From the NCBI GenBank assembly GCA_951406725.2, contig OX597819.1, forward strand, positions 56,916,001 to 56,980,000: DNA of 64,000 nt. The letters are read 5' to 3'. Both the position numbers and the translations under genes were made by a program. Below the pieces are notes generated by a model, which was not told the DNA's origin, searched no databases, and worked only from the letters and a program-made list of their open reading frames with translations. Numbering within the stretch: the stretch's first letter is position 1; the number at the start of each line of letters is the position of its first letter. Positions 1-15,350 of the stretch are shown piece by piece. The stretch is from Octopus vulgaris. Its lineage: Eukaryota.

Positions 1-55
<55 letters not shown>

Positions 56-306
56 TATATGTATATATACGTTTATGTATATACGTATATACATATGTAT
101 ATACGTATATACATATATATATGTATATACGTATATATATATATATACATATATATACATATGTATATACATACGTATATACGTATATACGTATGTATAT
201 ACATATATATACATATGTATACGTATATATATACATATATATATACATATGTATATACGTATATACATATATATATGTATATACGTATATATATATATGT
301 ATATAC

Positions 307-341
<35 letters not shown>

Positions 342-352
342 TATGTATATAC

Positions 353-406
<54 letters not shown>

Positions 407-441
407 TAGTGTGTATATATATATATGTATATGTATGTATT

Positions 442-492
<51 letters not shown>
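1..492. repeat. Compound (TA)n/(TATACG)-type/(CT)n microsatellite
   Basis: Direct reading; ORFs here are low-complexity YIYI artefacts. Confidence 0.95.
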
Positions 493-496
<4 letters not shown>

Positions 497-1279
497 TTTG
501 CCGAAGGAACAAGCAAACCAAAACTTCGAAGTTACTAACACCCTACTACTTGTGAAAGTTTCTCAACTAAAATGTATTTAGTAGTAATTCGTCAGCTTAA
601 TGCTACGCTGGTTTTATAAAGTGACATGAAAACATCCTTATATATAATGATCCGGCTTTGCCGAATTTTCCATCTTAACGAAGGAAGCCAGTTTTACCTT
701 AACGTCTATATGCACCCTCTACTGGTAGCATATGCTTGTATTTATGCATATTCCATATGATAATTATGAACATTACATATATTATACAATTCTGAGCCTC
801 CAGAAATAGCTGTCGGCTGAAAATACCATATTTCCTCCCCTTATTTCTCTGTATTTTTCTACTCCATGTAAATTTATTTATTTTATAAATATATAAATAG
901 CTATATGCTTATACTCGAATACACATCTTCTTAATATGTTTAGTTTAGGTTTATATCTCTCTGTATATCCCTATATATATATTTACATATGTATTTCTTT
1001 TATTCCTTTACTTGTTTGACTCATTTGACTGGGGCTATGCCGGAGCTCCGCCTTACAGGTTTTTAGTCGAAGAAATAGTACACAGGAATAATTCTTTTTA
1101 ATCTTAGCACTTGCAATGACGTGGGGACAAACATACAATTTGCAAAGATAATCTGGAACTCGAATGAGGAAAGAAAACTCCGAATGACCGTCTTTGTTTC
1201 CCTTGTTTCGTCTATCTGGATGTTTTGTTGTCCCTTTTTTGTATCACCAGTCTGGATATTTTGCGTTCTTGTCCCATTT

Positions 1280-1348
<69 letters not shown>

Positions 1349-1397
1349 ATATATATATATACATATGTATATATATATATGTTTATATATATGTATG

Positions 1398-1429
<32 letters not shown>

Positions 1430-1653
1430 TATATATATACACGCCGAGCTACTTTCAGTTTACGTCTACCAAATCCACTAGTAGAAGGCACCAGTGAAAG
1501 GTGCCACGCAGTGTGACTGAAATGGGAAGCATATGTTTGTGAAGGAAGCTTTCTATCATACCCCCACGCCTGCATGTATATATCTATATTTTATGTATGA
1601 TGCACAAGCTTGTTTATCTGCATCACTCTATGTATGTGTGAGTGTCTGCCTGC

Positions 1654-1699
<46 letters not shown>

Positions 1700-1701
1700 G
1701 C

Positions 1702-2870
1702 ACTAGCAAATTTATCCGTTTTTTGGCCCGTTTAAGTTGCTTTCGTTGTATATTTTCACAAATAATTGGATTACCGATAAGGTTTATGAGTAGCACGTCA
1801 ATCTATATTTCCGATTGCACTTTAATGGTCATAGAACATATATGTTTCCAAGCGATGCAATGTAGACCTACTGAAGTGTTTTGGAAGTAGATTACGGATA
1901 ATGACTGCAAAATATAGTTTATTATTTTTTTTACATGAAAGCGAAATTTCTTGTCAGAAACAGCCACATACATGGTGTAATGAAATTAAAGGAAGACTTT
2001 GAAACTTCCCCTCTGCGTGTTTATTTTATTCAACAGGAAAGGGAGATAATTTTTCGGAGATATAGCTAACAAAAGCCCCCTTTTTCTGTCTTCCCATATA
2101 GCCTGCACATAAACTAACATCAAATGCTGCATAAAGTTAAATTGGTATGGAGCTTTCAGAAAAATACGTACAGCTTTCGCTAGTGGAAGCAAAACACTTA
2201 TTTAAAGGTTGATTCTTGGGACAAATCATATGTGATTGTGTAAAAAAGGCTAGAACAACAATGCTAAAACGTATTTGAAGCAATGGACAACAGTCGAAGT
2301 ATCATAATGGATGGGTAAATAAACATCCTTAAAGTGAAAAAACGCATTGGTAGGTAAACAATGGTATCAACAAAGAGAAGAGAAGGAAGGCAACATCACA
2401 TACAAGCTTGCCAAAGTTTAATTCAGTTTACATATGGAGATTAAGACTGTTTGTTATTGGATATTCATCGTGTACAGTGTTCCTAGTCAATATAATCTCC
2501 GTGTCGGGTGGACAGTCGGAATAAGTAAATAGACAAAACCCTTTCACTGTCATAAAAAGATTAAAAAAGTATGGAAGACCCTACATACAAAAAAACCATG
2601 TCCATTTAGGTCCATTTACGCGGAAGCTCTGGGCAAAGTTTTTAGTGCAATGTCATCCTTGGGACATAAGTAATGTGTGTGTAAAGTTTGGTGAAAATTG
2701 GTTGAGAATTGTGGAACTGTATGTCCATTGTTGCTAGTCAATTTAATCACCGTCGCTGGTGGACGGACAAAAAAAAATAAATAGACAAAATCATTCCTTT
2801 CGCTTTTATAAAAAGATAAAAAAATATATAAGACCCTACATACAAAAACTATGTTCATTTAGGTCCAAAT
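1702..2870. mobile_element. Possible decayed Helitron/Helentron-like non-autonomous element with an internal ~100-bp direct repeat (about 2525-2615 and 2778-2868)
   Basis: Starts ACTAGC..ATCCG right after a (TA)n tract; contains 'gtgtgtaaagtttggtgaaaattggttgag', resembling DINE-like cores; the duplicated segment ending 'catttaggtcca' is seen directly. Confidence 0.3.
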
Positions 2871-3358
2871 AAAACTATGCGTTTATTTATTCTTTTTCTT
2901 TTTCATTTATTAAACCCTTATGTTTCACTTTGTTCAAGGATTTCAAATTCTTTTCTATCAACATTTGCAGGCTGTCTCAACCTTATTTTCATGGTATGGG
3001 GCGGTGTTATCAACTGCACTGCATCATTTTATTGTAAGCGGCTTTCGACTTATGCAGGCGTTAACACCTGAAGATGGTTTACGTAGATTTTTATAACCAG
3101 ATGCCTAATGTTCGAGCTTTAGACTGTCAAGCCAACACGTTCGTGCTCTACTCGATGGAAATGTACGTCATTCATTCCTAATTTTGTCATTAAATCTACA
3201 GGTTATGGTTAACGTTCTCACATTGGTTGTAACGTGCGCGTGTTATTTGTTTGTGAGTGAGTTGTAGTCTTGTGGTGCTATTTGTTTTGTTTCAATAATC
3301 TGTTTGCTATCTTTGTGTATGCATTCTATATAGTTTATATGCAATAATGTGTGGAATT

Positions 3359-3359
3359 A

Positions 3360-3437
<78 letters not shown>

Positions 3438-3572
3438 GTCTGTCTGTCTGTCTATCTACCTAATTACGCATATACGCACGCACTCCCTCGTACATGAAAG
3501 CATACACGTATATATGGATGTATGTGTGTATATATATATATATGTGTATGTATGCATATATATGCATATATA

Positions 3573-3610
<38 letters not shown>

Positions 3611-3659
3611 GATACATACAGACAGAAAGATAGACAGGCAGGTAGTTAGATAGATAGAT

Positions 3660-3736
<77 letters not shown>

Positions 3737-3758
3737 TATAGATAGATAGAAAGATAGG
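3359..3758. repeat. (TATC)n, (TA)n and (GATA)n microsatellite cluster
   Basis: Direct reading. Confidence 0.95.
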
Positions 3759-3843
3759 TATGAATATTCGCGCACATACACCTACACCTAACAAAACTGT
3801 ATTATAAGTCAATAAAGAAAGAAATAATTTGATATTTCATATA

Positions 3844-4257
3844 GGCGCAGGAGTGGCTGTGTGGTAAGTAGTTTGATGACCAACCACATGGTTCCGGGTT
3901 CAGACCCACTGCGTGGCATCTTGGGCAAGTGTCTTCTGCTATAGCCCCGGGCCGACCAATGCCTTGTGAGTGGATTTGGTAGACGGAAACTGAAAGAAGC
4001 CTGTCGTATATATGTATATATACTTATGTATGTGTGTGTGTTTGTGTGTCTGTGTTTGTCCCCCTAGCATTGCTTGACAACCGATGCTGGTGTGTTTACG
4101 TCCCCGTCACTTAGCGGTTCGGCAAAAGCGACCGATAGAATGAGTACTGGGCTTACAAAGAATAAGTCCCGGGGTCGATTTGCTCGACTAAAGGCGGTGC
4201 TCCAGCATGGCCGCAGTCAAATGACTGAAACAAGTAAAAGAGTAAAAAGTAAAAGAG
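3844..4257 (+). mobile_element. tRNA-derived SINE, type A (near full length)
   Basis: Head GGCGCAGGAGTGGCTGTGTGGTAAG (A box) and GGTTCAGACCC (B box), internal (TG)n, tail 'gactgaaacaagtaaaagagtaaaa'; near-identical copies at 43526, 56275 and 21364(-). Confidence 0.9.
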
Positions 4258-5474
4258 TTGGAGAAAGGAAGAGAGTGCGCGTGGAGGTTTATGATTGGGG
4301 GAAATGAATAATGTATTCTGGGTGCATTGAGACTAATAAAGTGAGGAAACAATTAATAACTGAGATGGAGACAGGGGGGAAGAAGAGAAACAGCAAGAGA
4401 AGAGGAGAAGGACTGAGAGAACAGGAAACAGGAGAATGGAGAGAGAGAGAGAGAGAGAGAGGGAAAGGGAAAGAGAGACAGAGAGAGGTAAATGGGTGGG
4501 GAAGAAGGAAAAATAAAGGACGGCCACTGAGCGAAGAAACAACAGCGTTATATAAACATATTTGCGTTGCATTATAATGAAAATAAATACTAAACCGTTT
4601 CTCTTTCTCTATTCGCGTTTCCTTCCTTCATTCCAACACCGCCCGTGTTTGTTTTTCCATCCTACGCTTTTCTATATAAAATTTCTAGCGATCTAGAATA
4701 CTTTATTCATTGCTCATATCTCACTTGGTTCACAATTATTCATTTATAACCGACAATTTTTTGAAAGAGAGGTACAGAAAGGTCAGATGGAGAAATTGAT
4801 TTAAATTCAAACAAGAGCACTCAAAGAGCGCAAACCTAACCTCAGCCAAGGCAACACCAACGTCCTCTCAACGATTAGTCGGGGATGATTTTTTAAATGA
4901 GAGTATCTGAAATATACTCGACTGCTCTCACAAGTGAGACTACTAAAAAGGAAGCCGAAATGAATCTCAAAAATTAAATGAAAACATACAGGTAAAATAA
5001 TCCACAACCCTCGTCCAGTACAAGATCGATCCCAAAACTTAATCAGTTCGTGCCAGTCACGAGGCCAAGTTCTCGCCCAGGAAAGTTTGCAAGTTAAAGT
5101 CAGCTCTATAAGAATTATAGCGCAGTGCGTTAGCAGGTGGTGCTCTTTACGCCAGGTAAATCGTATGTAAAATATGACGGCACTTGTCCTTGAGATCAGA
5201 CAGTTGCGTTCGAGATTTCAAGATCCTAATTTCGATTCTCTGATCGGGTTGTGCAATTCTGTTCCTAAACAAAACAATTCATTTCACCTCACCTCGTTAC
5301 TGGTCATTCAACTGCAAATGATTAAGCTTGCGATGAACTGTCGCCCCCACACCGTTCTGGGAGTAAGGTTGTGATCACTGTCACTTACCCACCACAGAAA
5401 TAGGATAACCAGCCCTTAAAATACTAGGATTCGTGACAGTAATGTCCAGGGACTGATTAGGACGAAGACGTGAG

Positions 5475-5478
5475 ATGG

Positions 5479-5517
<39 letters not shown>

Positions 5518-5645
5518 CGATCAACGTGAAGCTGATGAGGATGATGTGGATGATGATGGTGATGATGGTGGGGATGGTGATGATGATGGTGATAATGGTT
5601 ATGATAGTGGTGGTGGTGGCTGCGGTGTTGATGGTGATAATAATA

Positions 5646-5710
<65 letters not shown>

Positions 5711-5907
5711 GATGGTGATGATAGTGATGATGGTGGCGGTGATGGTGATCATGATTTTGATGGTGGTGATGGTGGTGATGATGATGGTAGTGATGGTGAT
5801 GTTCGTGATGGTAATGATGTTAACAGTGGTAGTAGTTGTGGTAGTGTTGGTGGTGGTTGTGGTAATGATGGTGATGATGATGATGATGATGATGAGGAGG
5901 AGGAGGA
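5475..5907. repeat. (GAT/GGT)n trinucleotide microsatellite
   Basis: Direct reading; explains the poly-M, poly-D and poly-I ORFs. Confidence 0.95.
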
Positions 5908-6400
5908 TACGGTCGACAACATCAATGACGATTCTACTGAAAAACAGTCGCAACGAACTAGCAGTGTTGTCCTGTCTCGCGCTCTATCGATTCTGCTGAA
6001 CAATCAATTCCATCGCAAGACAGAGAGGTGGTTGCAACTTTGCTATTTCACCCATTTCCTGACAACTGTTTTCTAACATTTATTCCACACAATACACATA
6101 TTTTTTTTCCATTTTTATTTAAATTTCCCAGTAACCGCATTCAAGGACTCATTCAGCAGTGAGTGATATGTGAAACAGTTTTTAGAGACGAATTGCAAAC
6201 ATGAAGATTTGGTTGGTTTCGGGAAACTAGAAATAAAGCAAAATATATGAAAATAATTTTGCCGTGTGAATGAATTTGTAATATATTATTATAAAAAAAA
6301 AAAGAAATATGGACAAACAAACGCTAAAATATTTCCAGCTAGCAAAAAATCACATATAGACAAATACACGTTTCTATGACTATTAATTACATACACACAC

Positions 6401-6464
<64 letters not shown>

Positions 6465-6472
6465 TCATACAC

Positions 6473-6557
<85 letters not shown>

Positions 6558-6654
6558 CACACACATATATATCATATATATATATACACACACACATATA
6601 TATTATATATATATAAACATATATATACACACATATATATATATATACATATAT

Positions 6655-6700
<46 letters not shown>

Positions 6701-8388
6701 AGAGAGAGAGAGAACTAACGCTAATATATCAGAGTAATTTTTTTATGTCTCTCTAACATTCATATGTCTCCATGGCTGTATTAATGTGTGTGTGTGTGCT
6801 TATATGTCTATATCTGTGTTTGGGCGTGCGCGTGTGTACTATGTTGATGTGTGTGTGTGTGTCTCCTTATGTTTGTTCATGCTTTAATTTGCTTTTTTTC
6901 TTTTTTTACAAGCCTTCCATAATGCTTAAGAGGCATAAACAAATTATTTATATCCCGGTTAAACCTATTTTTTAATACGTGTTCTTTCCCTTCTTCTAGT
7001 CGTCCTCATTATCAACCGTTTTATTAGCAGTATTACTTTTGTTGCCAATGAGATTGTTATTATTCTCCATGATACTTTCTGTCATTTTTTTCCTTCTATG
7101 TGGGTACAGCTGAAATTGTAGTATTTAGTTTTTGCTGTTGTAGTTACGACTGACATCCTAGGTTATCTCCCCCTCTTTCTCTATCTTTCTCTTTGTCTTT
7201 CTATTGAGCTTTCAACAAATTACCTCCACCATGTTGAACCTCAATTTTTTTTATTGTCCCTCGTACACACATGGCTTCGAGTGCTGCTTGCATAAATTCA
7301 GCAATAATCCCTATTAATGTTTATTCCTCTCGTTTTTTATATCCATTTTGTTGTTCGGGGAACACATCTTCTTGAAAAAAAAGAACAATTATGGAACAAT
7401 ATTTTACAATCGACTAATGAAACACGATTTTCTCAAATAAACACAACGTATGTAAAAGTATTGCTGTTCCCCGGAGAATCTTCGTTTCTAATATCGGATA
7501 TACAATCTGACATAGATTCTCCTTTATTTTCCATTCAATGTCGGAAAATGAAAAATACTTTACTTTATTATTTATTATTACCAGTTGTGGCTTAACCACT
7601 TATTTGGAGAGTGAGCAACTGTGTGAAGCATCATAAAAGAGGAAATGATTTCCTTGGGTCATAACACTTCGTTGTTAATACACTTCACAGTTTAAGTCAC
7701 GTCATTTCCATTATAACATTTTTCTAAACTCTTGTATAGATACGTTCTTCAAAATTTTCTATTAGTTTTATGGCAAAACAAAGCTATAGTACACTGTTTA
7801 ATGAAGCCAGTCTTACAGAATTTAACAGTACATTTTGTATGTGTCGTTAAAATACTAAACTGCAATTGAGATGGAGTTTCATATTACTTGTCGACGATAG
7901 AAAAAACTTCACGGAAGCTGTAGGCAATATTTTAGTGTCATCGAATGGGGATATCCGCGATTAAACACTAAAGCATGTCACAATCTCAAAGAAGTATGAA
8001 TCTGAAAGAAGTATATAAACAATGATAGGATTAGAAAGTATTAATTTCAGCAAAGTAGAAAAGCGAGATGTTGAATATAATTGAGAACGTCATGATTTGA
8101 CGTCGCTTTGAATGGTACGTCATCAATCACTACTCAACAAATAATGAATATGTCTTCAATAGTATTGTCAATGGTAATAGTCTCTACATTTACCCCAGAC
8201 CAACGCATATAGCATTAACCGAACTGTATTTCAAATATTTTGCACCATGTATGAATGATTGATCTTCTTTATATATTGTTGGGTGGAGGTGCAATGGCCC
8301 AGTGGCTAGGACTCGTGGTCGTACAAACACAGATACAAAATTATATACATACATACATATATACATATATATATATATTTATATATGC

Positions 8389-8451
<63 letters not shown>

Positions 8452-8452
<1 letters not shown>

Positions 8453-8612
8453 GACGGGCTTCTTTCAGTTTCAGTTCACCAAATCCACTCCAATCACAAG
8501 GCTTTGGTTGGCCCAAGATAATAGTGGAAGACGCTTGCCCAAGGTGCCATGCAGTGAGACTGAACCCCCGGTACCATGTGGTTGAGAAGCAAGTTTCTTA
8601 CCACACAGCCGC
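8452..8612 (-). mobile_element. SINE type A, 5' half
   Basis: Reverse complement of the type A head (cttaccacacagcc, ccaaggtgcca, ccaaatccactc). Confidence 0.8.
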
Positions 8613-9071
8613 TTTTGTGTCAGTGGTCAGAATTTTTGCCTGAATCGTGTAATATTGGAAAAAAATAATTTTCTACTACTTGATCTCATCTCACAAAACA
8701 AAAGTAATAATTATGCAACATTAGGTGTAATAACAAAATGTTATGTCACAGATAAGTACAATAATATTCAAAGCTAGATAGATTTTAAATTTATCAAACA
8801 CATTATGTGTCTCAAACAATGGAAGGTCTAAGTTCATGGGTGCTAACCACAAAGGTATGTTGATAAATTAATCAGCCACAATCTCGTATTTTATAGAGAA
8901 ATAAAATAGCAATGACAAGCACTGCCACGAATACTTTGATCTTCCAAATTCTGATTGCTTTACAAACAATATTGACTTGGGTCATCATTCTTGAAGTTTC
9001 AGTAAAGACATTATACAAGTAATATTCTGGACTTCTTCCACCGATAATAATACGACCTGTACTATCTTATT

Positions 9072-9480
9072 TCTTTATTGCCCACAAGGGGCTAAAAATA
9101 GAGGGGACAAACAAGGACAGACAAAGGGATTAAGCCGATTATATCGACCCTAGTGTGTAAGTGTTACTTAATTTATCGACATCGAAAGGATGAAAGGCAA
9201 AGTCAACCTCGGCGGAGTTTGAACTCAGAACGTAACGCCAGCGAAATACCTATTTCTTTATTGCCCAAAAGGGGCTAAACATAGAGGGGACAAACAAGGA
9301 CAGACATAGGTATTAAGTCGATTACATCGACCCCAGTGCGTAACTGGTACTTATTTAATCGACCCCGAAAAGATGAAAGGCAAAGTCGACCTTGGTGGAA
9401 TTTGAACTCAGAACCAGCGGCAGACGAATTACCGCTAAGAATTTCGCCCGGCATTCTAACGTTTCTACCAGCTCGCCGCC
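9072..9480 (-). mobile_element. tRNA-derived SINE type B with internally duplicated body
   Basis: Minus-strand head GGCGGCGAGCTGG..AAACGTTAG and 'TTCTGAGTTCAAATTCC'; body unit repeated twice; same layout at 17525 and 38400. Confidence 0.85.
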
Positions 9481-9953
9481 TTCGCTGCGTGTGACTGTAA
9501 TGCCAGTCATTCCAAAGTGGCTGTTTCTTTGTGTTGCACACAAGCTACAAATCCTGCTGCACACCACCTGTACTATCTGCTACAAGCCTACTAAATTTGA
9601 ACTTGTTAATTAATCTTCTTTATTATCCTTAGATAATCCCTGATGGAACAAAGGATTTCATGCTGTGCCAATCCCTTTCTTTATCAAAAGTTGCACATAA
9701 TGAGCTACATAATTGCTTGTAACATTTGCTTTCAAAATGGGAAATTGTAATTACAGTCACATTTGTTTTTTTTTTTTCTTTTTCTTTTTTTACAAGCAAG
9801 CCCAATAGGTGCCAATTTGCACCTTTCCTACTCCGAAGAAAACCAAAAATTCTAATAGTGAATTGTGTCAGGTGCACTTGTGCAGAAATCGTGATGCGTC
9901 AGTTGATACGTATTTTCACACACATGTATGTTTGTAAATCTGTATATGTATAT

Positions 9954-10015
<62 letters not shown>

Positions 10016-10020
<5 letters not shown>

Positions 10021-10200
10021 ATCCAAACAAGAAAACACAGAAAAAAAGAGAAAAAGACACAGCAACGCAGGACGTGGAACAATTAAAGTATTATTGACGC
10101 TCAGGAAAGAAGGGAAGGAGGGTTTAACGTTTCGAGCGGAGCTCTTCGTCGGAAACAAGGAGAAGGAAAGATCCCAAGGAGGGAAGACAGAGGAGACAAT
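10016..10200 (-). mobile_element. Short (TA)n-associated repeat with a hammerhead-like motif (10122-10156)
   Basis: Minus strand GTTT-CCGACGA-A-GAGC(TCC)GCTC-GAAA-CG-TT-AAAC; related copies at 11757, 15460 and 39536. Confidence 0.6.
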
Positions 10201-10489
10201 ATTTGAGCTGGTGGTGCTTAAGAGATCACATGTTGAAAAGAACAGAATTTGGAGGTAGTTGAAAAATGGTTTTATAATGCAAGAGAGTTCCAAAAAAGGG
10301 AATGCCTGTGTGTGTGTGTGTGCAAGATGACAAGTGTGTTTGTGCGTGCGTGTGTGTGTGTGTATTTTTTGATGAAAAGGGTAATGACAAAGCCAGCTGT
10401 GGTGATGACTGCTAGCTGTTTGTGTCAAGCTAGGTCAAAGCCAGGTCATAAAACAAAGGGCTATATGTATCATAGTGTATGTGTTGTTT

Positions 10490-11266
10490 GTAGTGTGTGT
10501 GTGTGTGCATGTGTGTGTTCGTGTGTGTATGCGTAGAGTGTGGGTGTGTGGCGTAACCTAGTACGTGTGTGCTTGTACGTGTGTGTGTGTGTGTAGGGAT
10601 GTATATGTGGGTTTATTTGTGTGAGAGTGTATGTATGTACGTGTATGTGTGTGCGTGTATGTGTGCGTTTGTATGTGTTTGTGTGTATGTGTGCGTGCGC
10701 GGTTAGGTGTATATTGTGTATGTATATCTGTCGGTGTGTATGTGAGTTTGTGTGTGTTTGTACGCGTGTATGTGTGTGTGAGTGTATAGTATATATATAT
10801 GTAAATGTGTATGTGTGCGTGTGTGTGTACGTGCGTGCGAGTGAATGTATGTATATATGTCTGCGTGTGTGTACAATGTAGGGGCTTATATGTGTGTTTA
10901 TATGTAGGTGTGTACGTATGTGTGTATGTGTGTGTATGCGTATGTATGTATGTATATGTATGCGTGTGTGTATGTATGTATGTGTGTATGTGTGTGTGTA
11001 TGTGTGTATGCATGCGTGTGTGTATGTATGTATGTGTGTGTATGTGTGTATGTTTGTATCTATGTGTGTATGTGTGTGTTTATGTATGTATATACGTACG
11101 TATGTATGTGTGTGTGTATGTATGTATGTACGTATGTGTGTATTTATGTATTTTTCATGCGTGTATGTGTGTATGTGCGTGTGTGTACATATGTATGTTT
11201 ATGTATGTGTGTGTATGTATTTATGTATGTAGTGTATGTATGTGTGTGTGTGTGCGTGTATGTGTA

Positions 11267-11297
<31 letters not shown>

Positions 11298-11756
11298 ATA
11301 CATATATGTGTGTATGTGTGTGTGTATGTATGTATATGTGTGTGTGTGTGTATGTGCGTATGTATGTATGTGTGTGTATGTGTGTGTATGTATGTATGTA
11401 TGTATGTGTATGTGTGTAAGTTTGTGTGTATGTATGTATGTATGTACGTGTGTGTGTGGGTATGTGTGTGTGTATGTATGTGTGTATGTATATGTATGTG
11501 TGTGTATGTATGTGTGTGTGAATGTATGTGTGCATATGTGTATGTATGTGTGTGTGTATGTACGTGTGTGTATATATGTATGTGTGTGTGTATGTATGTG
11601 TGTATGTATGCGTGAATGTATGTATGTATGTATGTATGTATGTATGAATGTATGTATGTATGTATGAATGCATGTATGTATGTATGTATGTGTGCGTGTG
11701 TGTGATATACACATATATACACATATATATACATATACATACATATATATATATAT
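10490..11756. repeat. Long degenerate (TG)/(TATG)n microsatellite
   Basis: Direct reading. Confidence 0.95.
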
Positions 11757-11960
11757 AGGGAGAATTCACAAAAAAAAAAACAGAAGACGAAGGCAGGTGG
11801 TGTAGAAAATTAGCAGATGTATTAGTATAACACTCAAGAATTGAAAAGTCCTTAACGTTTCGAGCCTATGCTCTTCCACTCAATGGAACACAGAAAGAAA
11901 CCAGCAGAGAAACAAGGGGGAAAATGTGTATAGTAGCTAGCGATCTTATTTAGAGAAAAA
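11757..11960 (-). mobile_element. Same short (TA)n-embedded repeat family with a degenerate hammerhead-like motif
   Basis: Shares 'aagacgaaggcaggtgg', 'taacgtttcgagcctatgctcttc' and 'acacagaaagaaac' with the copies at 15460 and 39536. Confidence 0.7.
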
Positions 11961-14591
11961 CTTTTAAACAATATATATATACATGCGGTTGTCTGTGTGT
12001 ATCGCATGCGTTCTTGTGAGATTGTAACGGCGTGCGACTGCATTGCTAGCCCTTCCAAAGTGTCTGTTTCTTTGTGTTACACACAAGCTACAAATCCTGC
12101 AGCACGCATAAACTCTAGAAGAATGCAAGCCATCTCTGCAGTAATTAGGTGTACTTAGGTGTGTATACATATTAGGTGTGTATACATACACACATACATA
12201 CACACACACATACCCACACACACACGTACATACATACATACATACACACAAATTAGGTGTACAATTAGGTGTACTTTTCCTTTATATTGACATGAAAATC
12301 GAGCATACTGTATAGCTTGTAAAGTACTGACTTCTGGAAAGTTCAGACTCGTCTTCGCGTAAAATTATAGATTCCTTTTTTAAAAGCGCCTCCGATAAAC
12401 AGCACTATGCCAAAATTTAGTTTTCCCCATGACGTTAAGAATGATGTCAAGTTGCCAAAAAATATTGTCGCATTTTGAGATGGAAAAGAAACAAATGATA
12501 TATTTTATCAATATAAATTTTCCCTTACAATTGAGACAATAATTCTATCTGTTTGATAAATCGTTGAAAAATCGGGCATAACATTCTTCATGTTTCGAAG
12601 CAAAAAAAGAAAAAGAACCCCAAAAACTCAGTATCATTTTTAATCTCTTTACAATTAATAAACTGTTTCCCAGTTAATAATATTGCAATGACCTGAAACG
12701 ATGTAGCCATGTGGAGCGAGGTCGTAGAGTACGGAGGATGAGACTTATCTCCCATATTTAATACCATATTTTTTTTTTACTGAACTTGTAAATAAGTGGT
12801 CTTGAATTATCGTGTAACTGACTAATGACGGGCGTTTTTCTACGAAATTTTGCCCAGTACGTACAACCGACGATAATAGTTCTCATCTGATTTGTTTTGG
12901 TATATTAATTCAATTCATGATAGAAGGGACCCATCGTATCTAACCAAATATAGAGTACACATTTGGATTCTTCATTTCCATTGGGTGCTACCCATTTTCC
13001 CATACGTAGTGTATGGTTATAGAGAACTCACTTTCATTGCTTATGATGATTCTACCCAGAAAATGATAGTAGCATATCTACTCTGTAATGACATTGAGAT
13101 GCGAAGCTGTCAGTCGATGAGAAAAACATTGACTCATGTTAGACAATTTCCAACTTCAAACAGGTGTTTTACAAGCGAGGTATGACATAAACTAAATTGT
13201 TTTAACAACTGTCGTGCACTTTACTTTGGATGGTTCGCAACTACAATATTCAGTAGCTCGGTATTGACTGGAATTTTTTTTTTCTTTTAAATCGAGGGAA
13301 ATCTGAAAAAGAAAAATCCCGAGTGTTACTGGTCACAATATCCTTGGTATGTTCAGACAGTTATAGCTTCATTTCCATTAAATGAACGAATATTTCTTAC
13401 CGTTTCTATTGGTCAACAAACACATTTTGAATTCACACAGCATGATGTGTGTCTCATTTTGAACAAATAAGAATAAAGGCGATACGAATTTAACCAATAT
13501 GGAATAAATTAATCAGCAAAGAAATCCACCCACCAAAAAAAAAAAAATAAATAAATAATTAAAAAGAAACAATTAAGATGCAAAAGTAACCCTTATTTTT
13601 CTTATATTAAAGAAAAGAAGTAATCGCAAGGTAATAATTGCAAAAGGGTTCCAACCGAATATAAGTTTATATACACGAAAAACATTCATTTGCTTTTAAT
13701 TCTTAGCGTGTAATGTACGATGTTCAATGAGTATAGGAAGAATCTGATAATGTTCAATGACTATAGGAAGAATGCGAAAATGTATGTGATGTCATTTTAA
13801 ATTAATATTTAAGGTAGCGACTAGAAGTATAAAGATTTGGATGCCTTGTCGAGGCTTAACAGCTCTGAATTTTCGGGTTAGAAGATGAATTTGTAATGAT
13901 ATTCTTCTCAAAAAAAAAAATTGTTAGCAGTGTAACTGAAATATTTGTTTCAGTTAGAATAGACTGTGATTCATTAAATTTTTAATTCGAATTTCCCTGG
14001 AGCATACAACATGGAGCAAAACACAGAATGTTTTATATATATGCAAAACATTATTCTGTGAAATATGGGATCAGTTTGTATATTCATATTTATTTAATAA
14101 ATCAAAAGGATTTTGTGAACACGATTGAATGAAATTTTCAGATAACATTTCTTTTATTTTAGTTTATTTAATAAAATGCAACTTTATATGGGTTTATTTT
14201 AGCAAAATATATTTGCAAATAAATATAATACCCTATATTTTAGGTTTTATTATTGAAATTCAGTGGAAAAGGGGATTCGTCTTTATTACACGTATCTAAC
14301 GTTTAAACAAAATCACACAAACACCTGTAATAACATTAATGCTATGGAATGATTAAAATTCATAAAATAATTGAATCCATATAAAATACAAAACGTATAA
14401 AGTATATCTATTTTGATAGCTAGATTTAAAGATTTCTAGATATCCCGATAAATAGATTGCTTAGCAACACGTGTTGTTAAGTAATCTATTTATCTAGATA
14501 TGATACTAAATAGCAAATCTATCTCTATTTTACAATGTACGTGTATCTCTACATTCCTACATTTCTACACAGACATGCACATGCACGCCCC

Positions 14592-14666
<75 letters not shown>

Positions 14667-14773
14667 ATGTGTGTGTATGTGTATGCATGTATGTGTGTAT
14701 GTATATATATATATATATATATATATGCATATATATACATATGCATATCTATCTATCTTTCTCTCTCTCTATG

Positions 14774-14826
<53 letters not shown>

Positions 14827-15042
14827 ATGTGTGTGTGTGTGTATAAATGTTATTTAATATGAAAACAAAACAGGCGCACACACTCGTAAACTTCCGTCAT
14901 ATAGATAATTAACTATATGCCTATCTGTCTGTCTATCTACCTATCACTTCCCCGCCTCTCTCTCTCTATCTATCTATCTATCTATTTATCTATCTATCTC
15001 TCCATGTAAAATATGTGTGTATGTATAATATTCATTGATGTG

Positions 15043-15077
<35 letters not shown>

Positions 15078-15299
15078 CTTATCTCTTTAAAGATTTATGC
15101 GCAAATGCGCAAAAGCATTAATAGTAACGTGCAATGTATATAAGTATGCGTATGCACGCTCAGTACCATACCTCTTCCACACTTTTCTTCTCGTCCCCTC
15201 CCACCTTGATAAACCATTACAGACTGTGCCTGTTGCATCTTTAACGCTACCATCAATACATATCTGTCGATGTGTCTGTCTGTGTATATGTCCCTTTCG

Positions 15300-15350
<51 letters not shown>

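Noticed and set aside
59-555. Numerous YIYI/VCVC/IYLS/THTH ORFs here and throughout the window
   Set aside because: Translations of di- and tetranucleotide microsatellites with no coding signal
5381-6076. Poly-Asp, poly-Met and poly-Ile ORFs
   Set aside because: All frames stay open because of the (GAT)n repeat; no domain or splice evidence
13720-13775. Two copies of a ~24-bp motif with 30-bp period (CRISPR-like?)
   Set aside because: Simple tandem duplication with no spacers or cas genes, in a eukaryotic context
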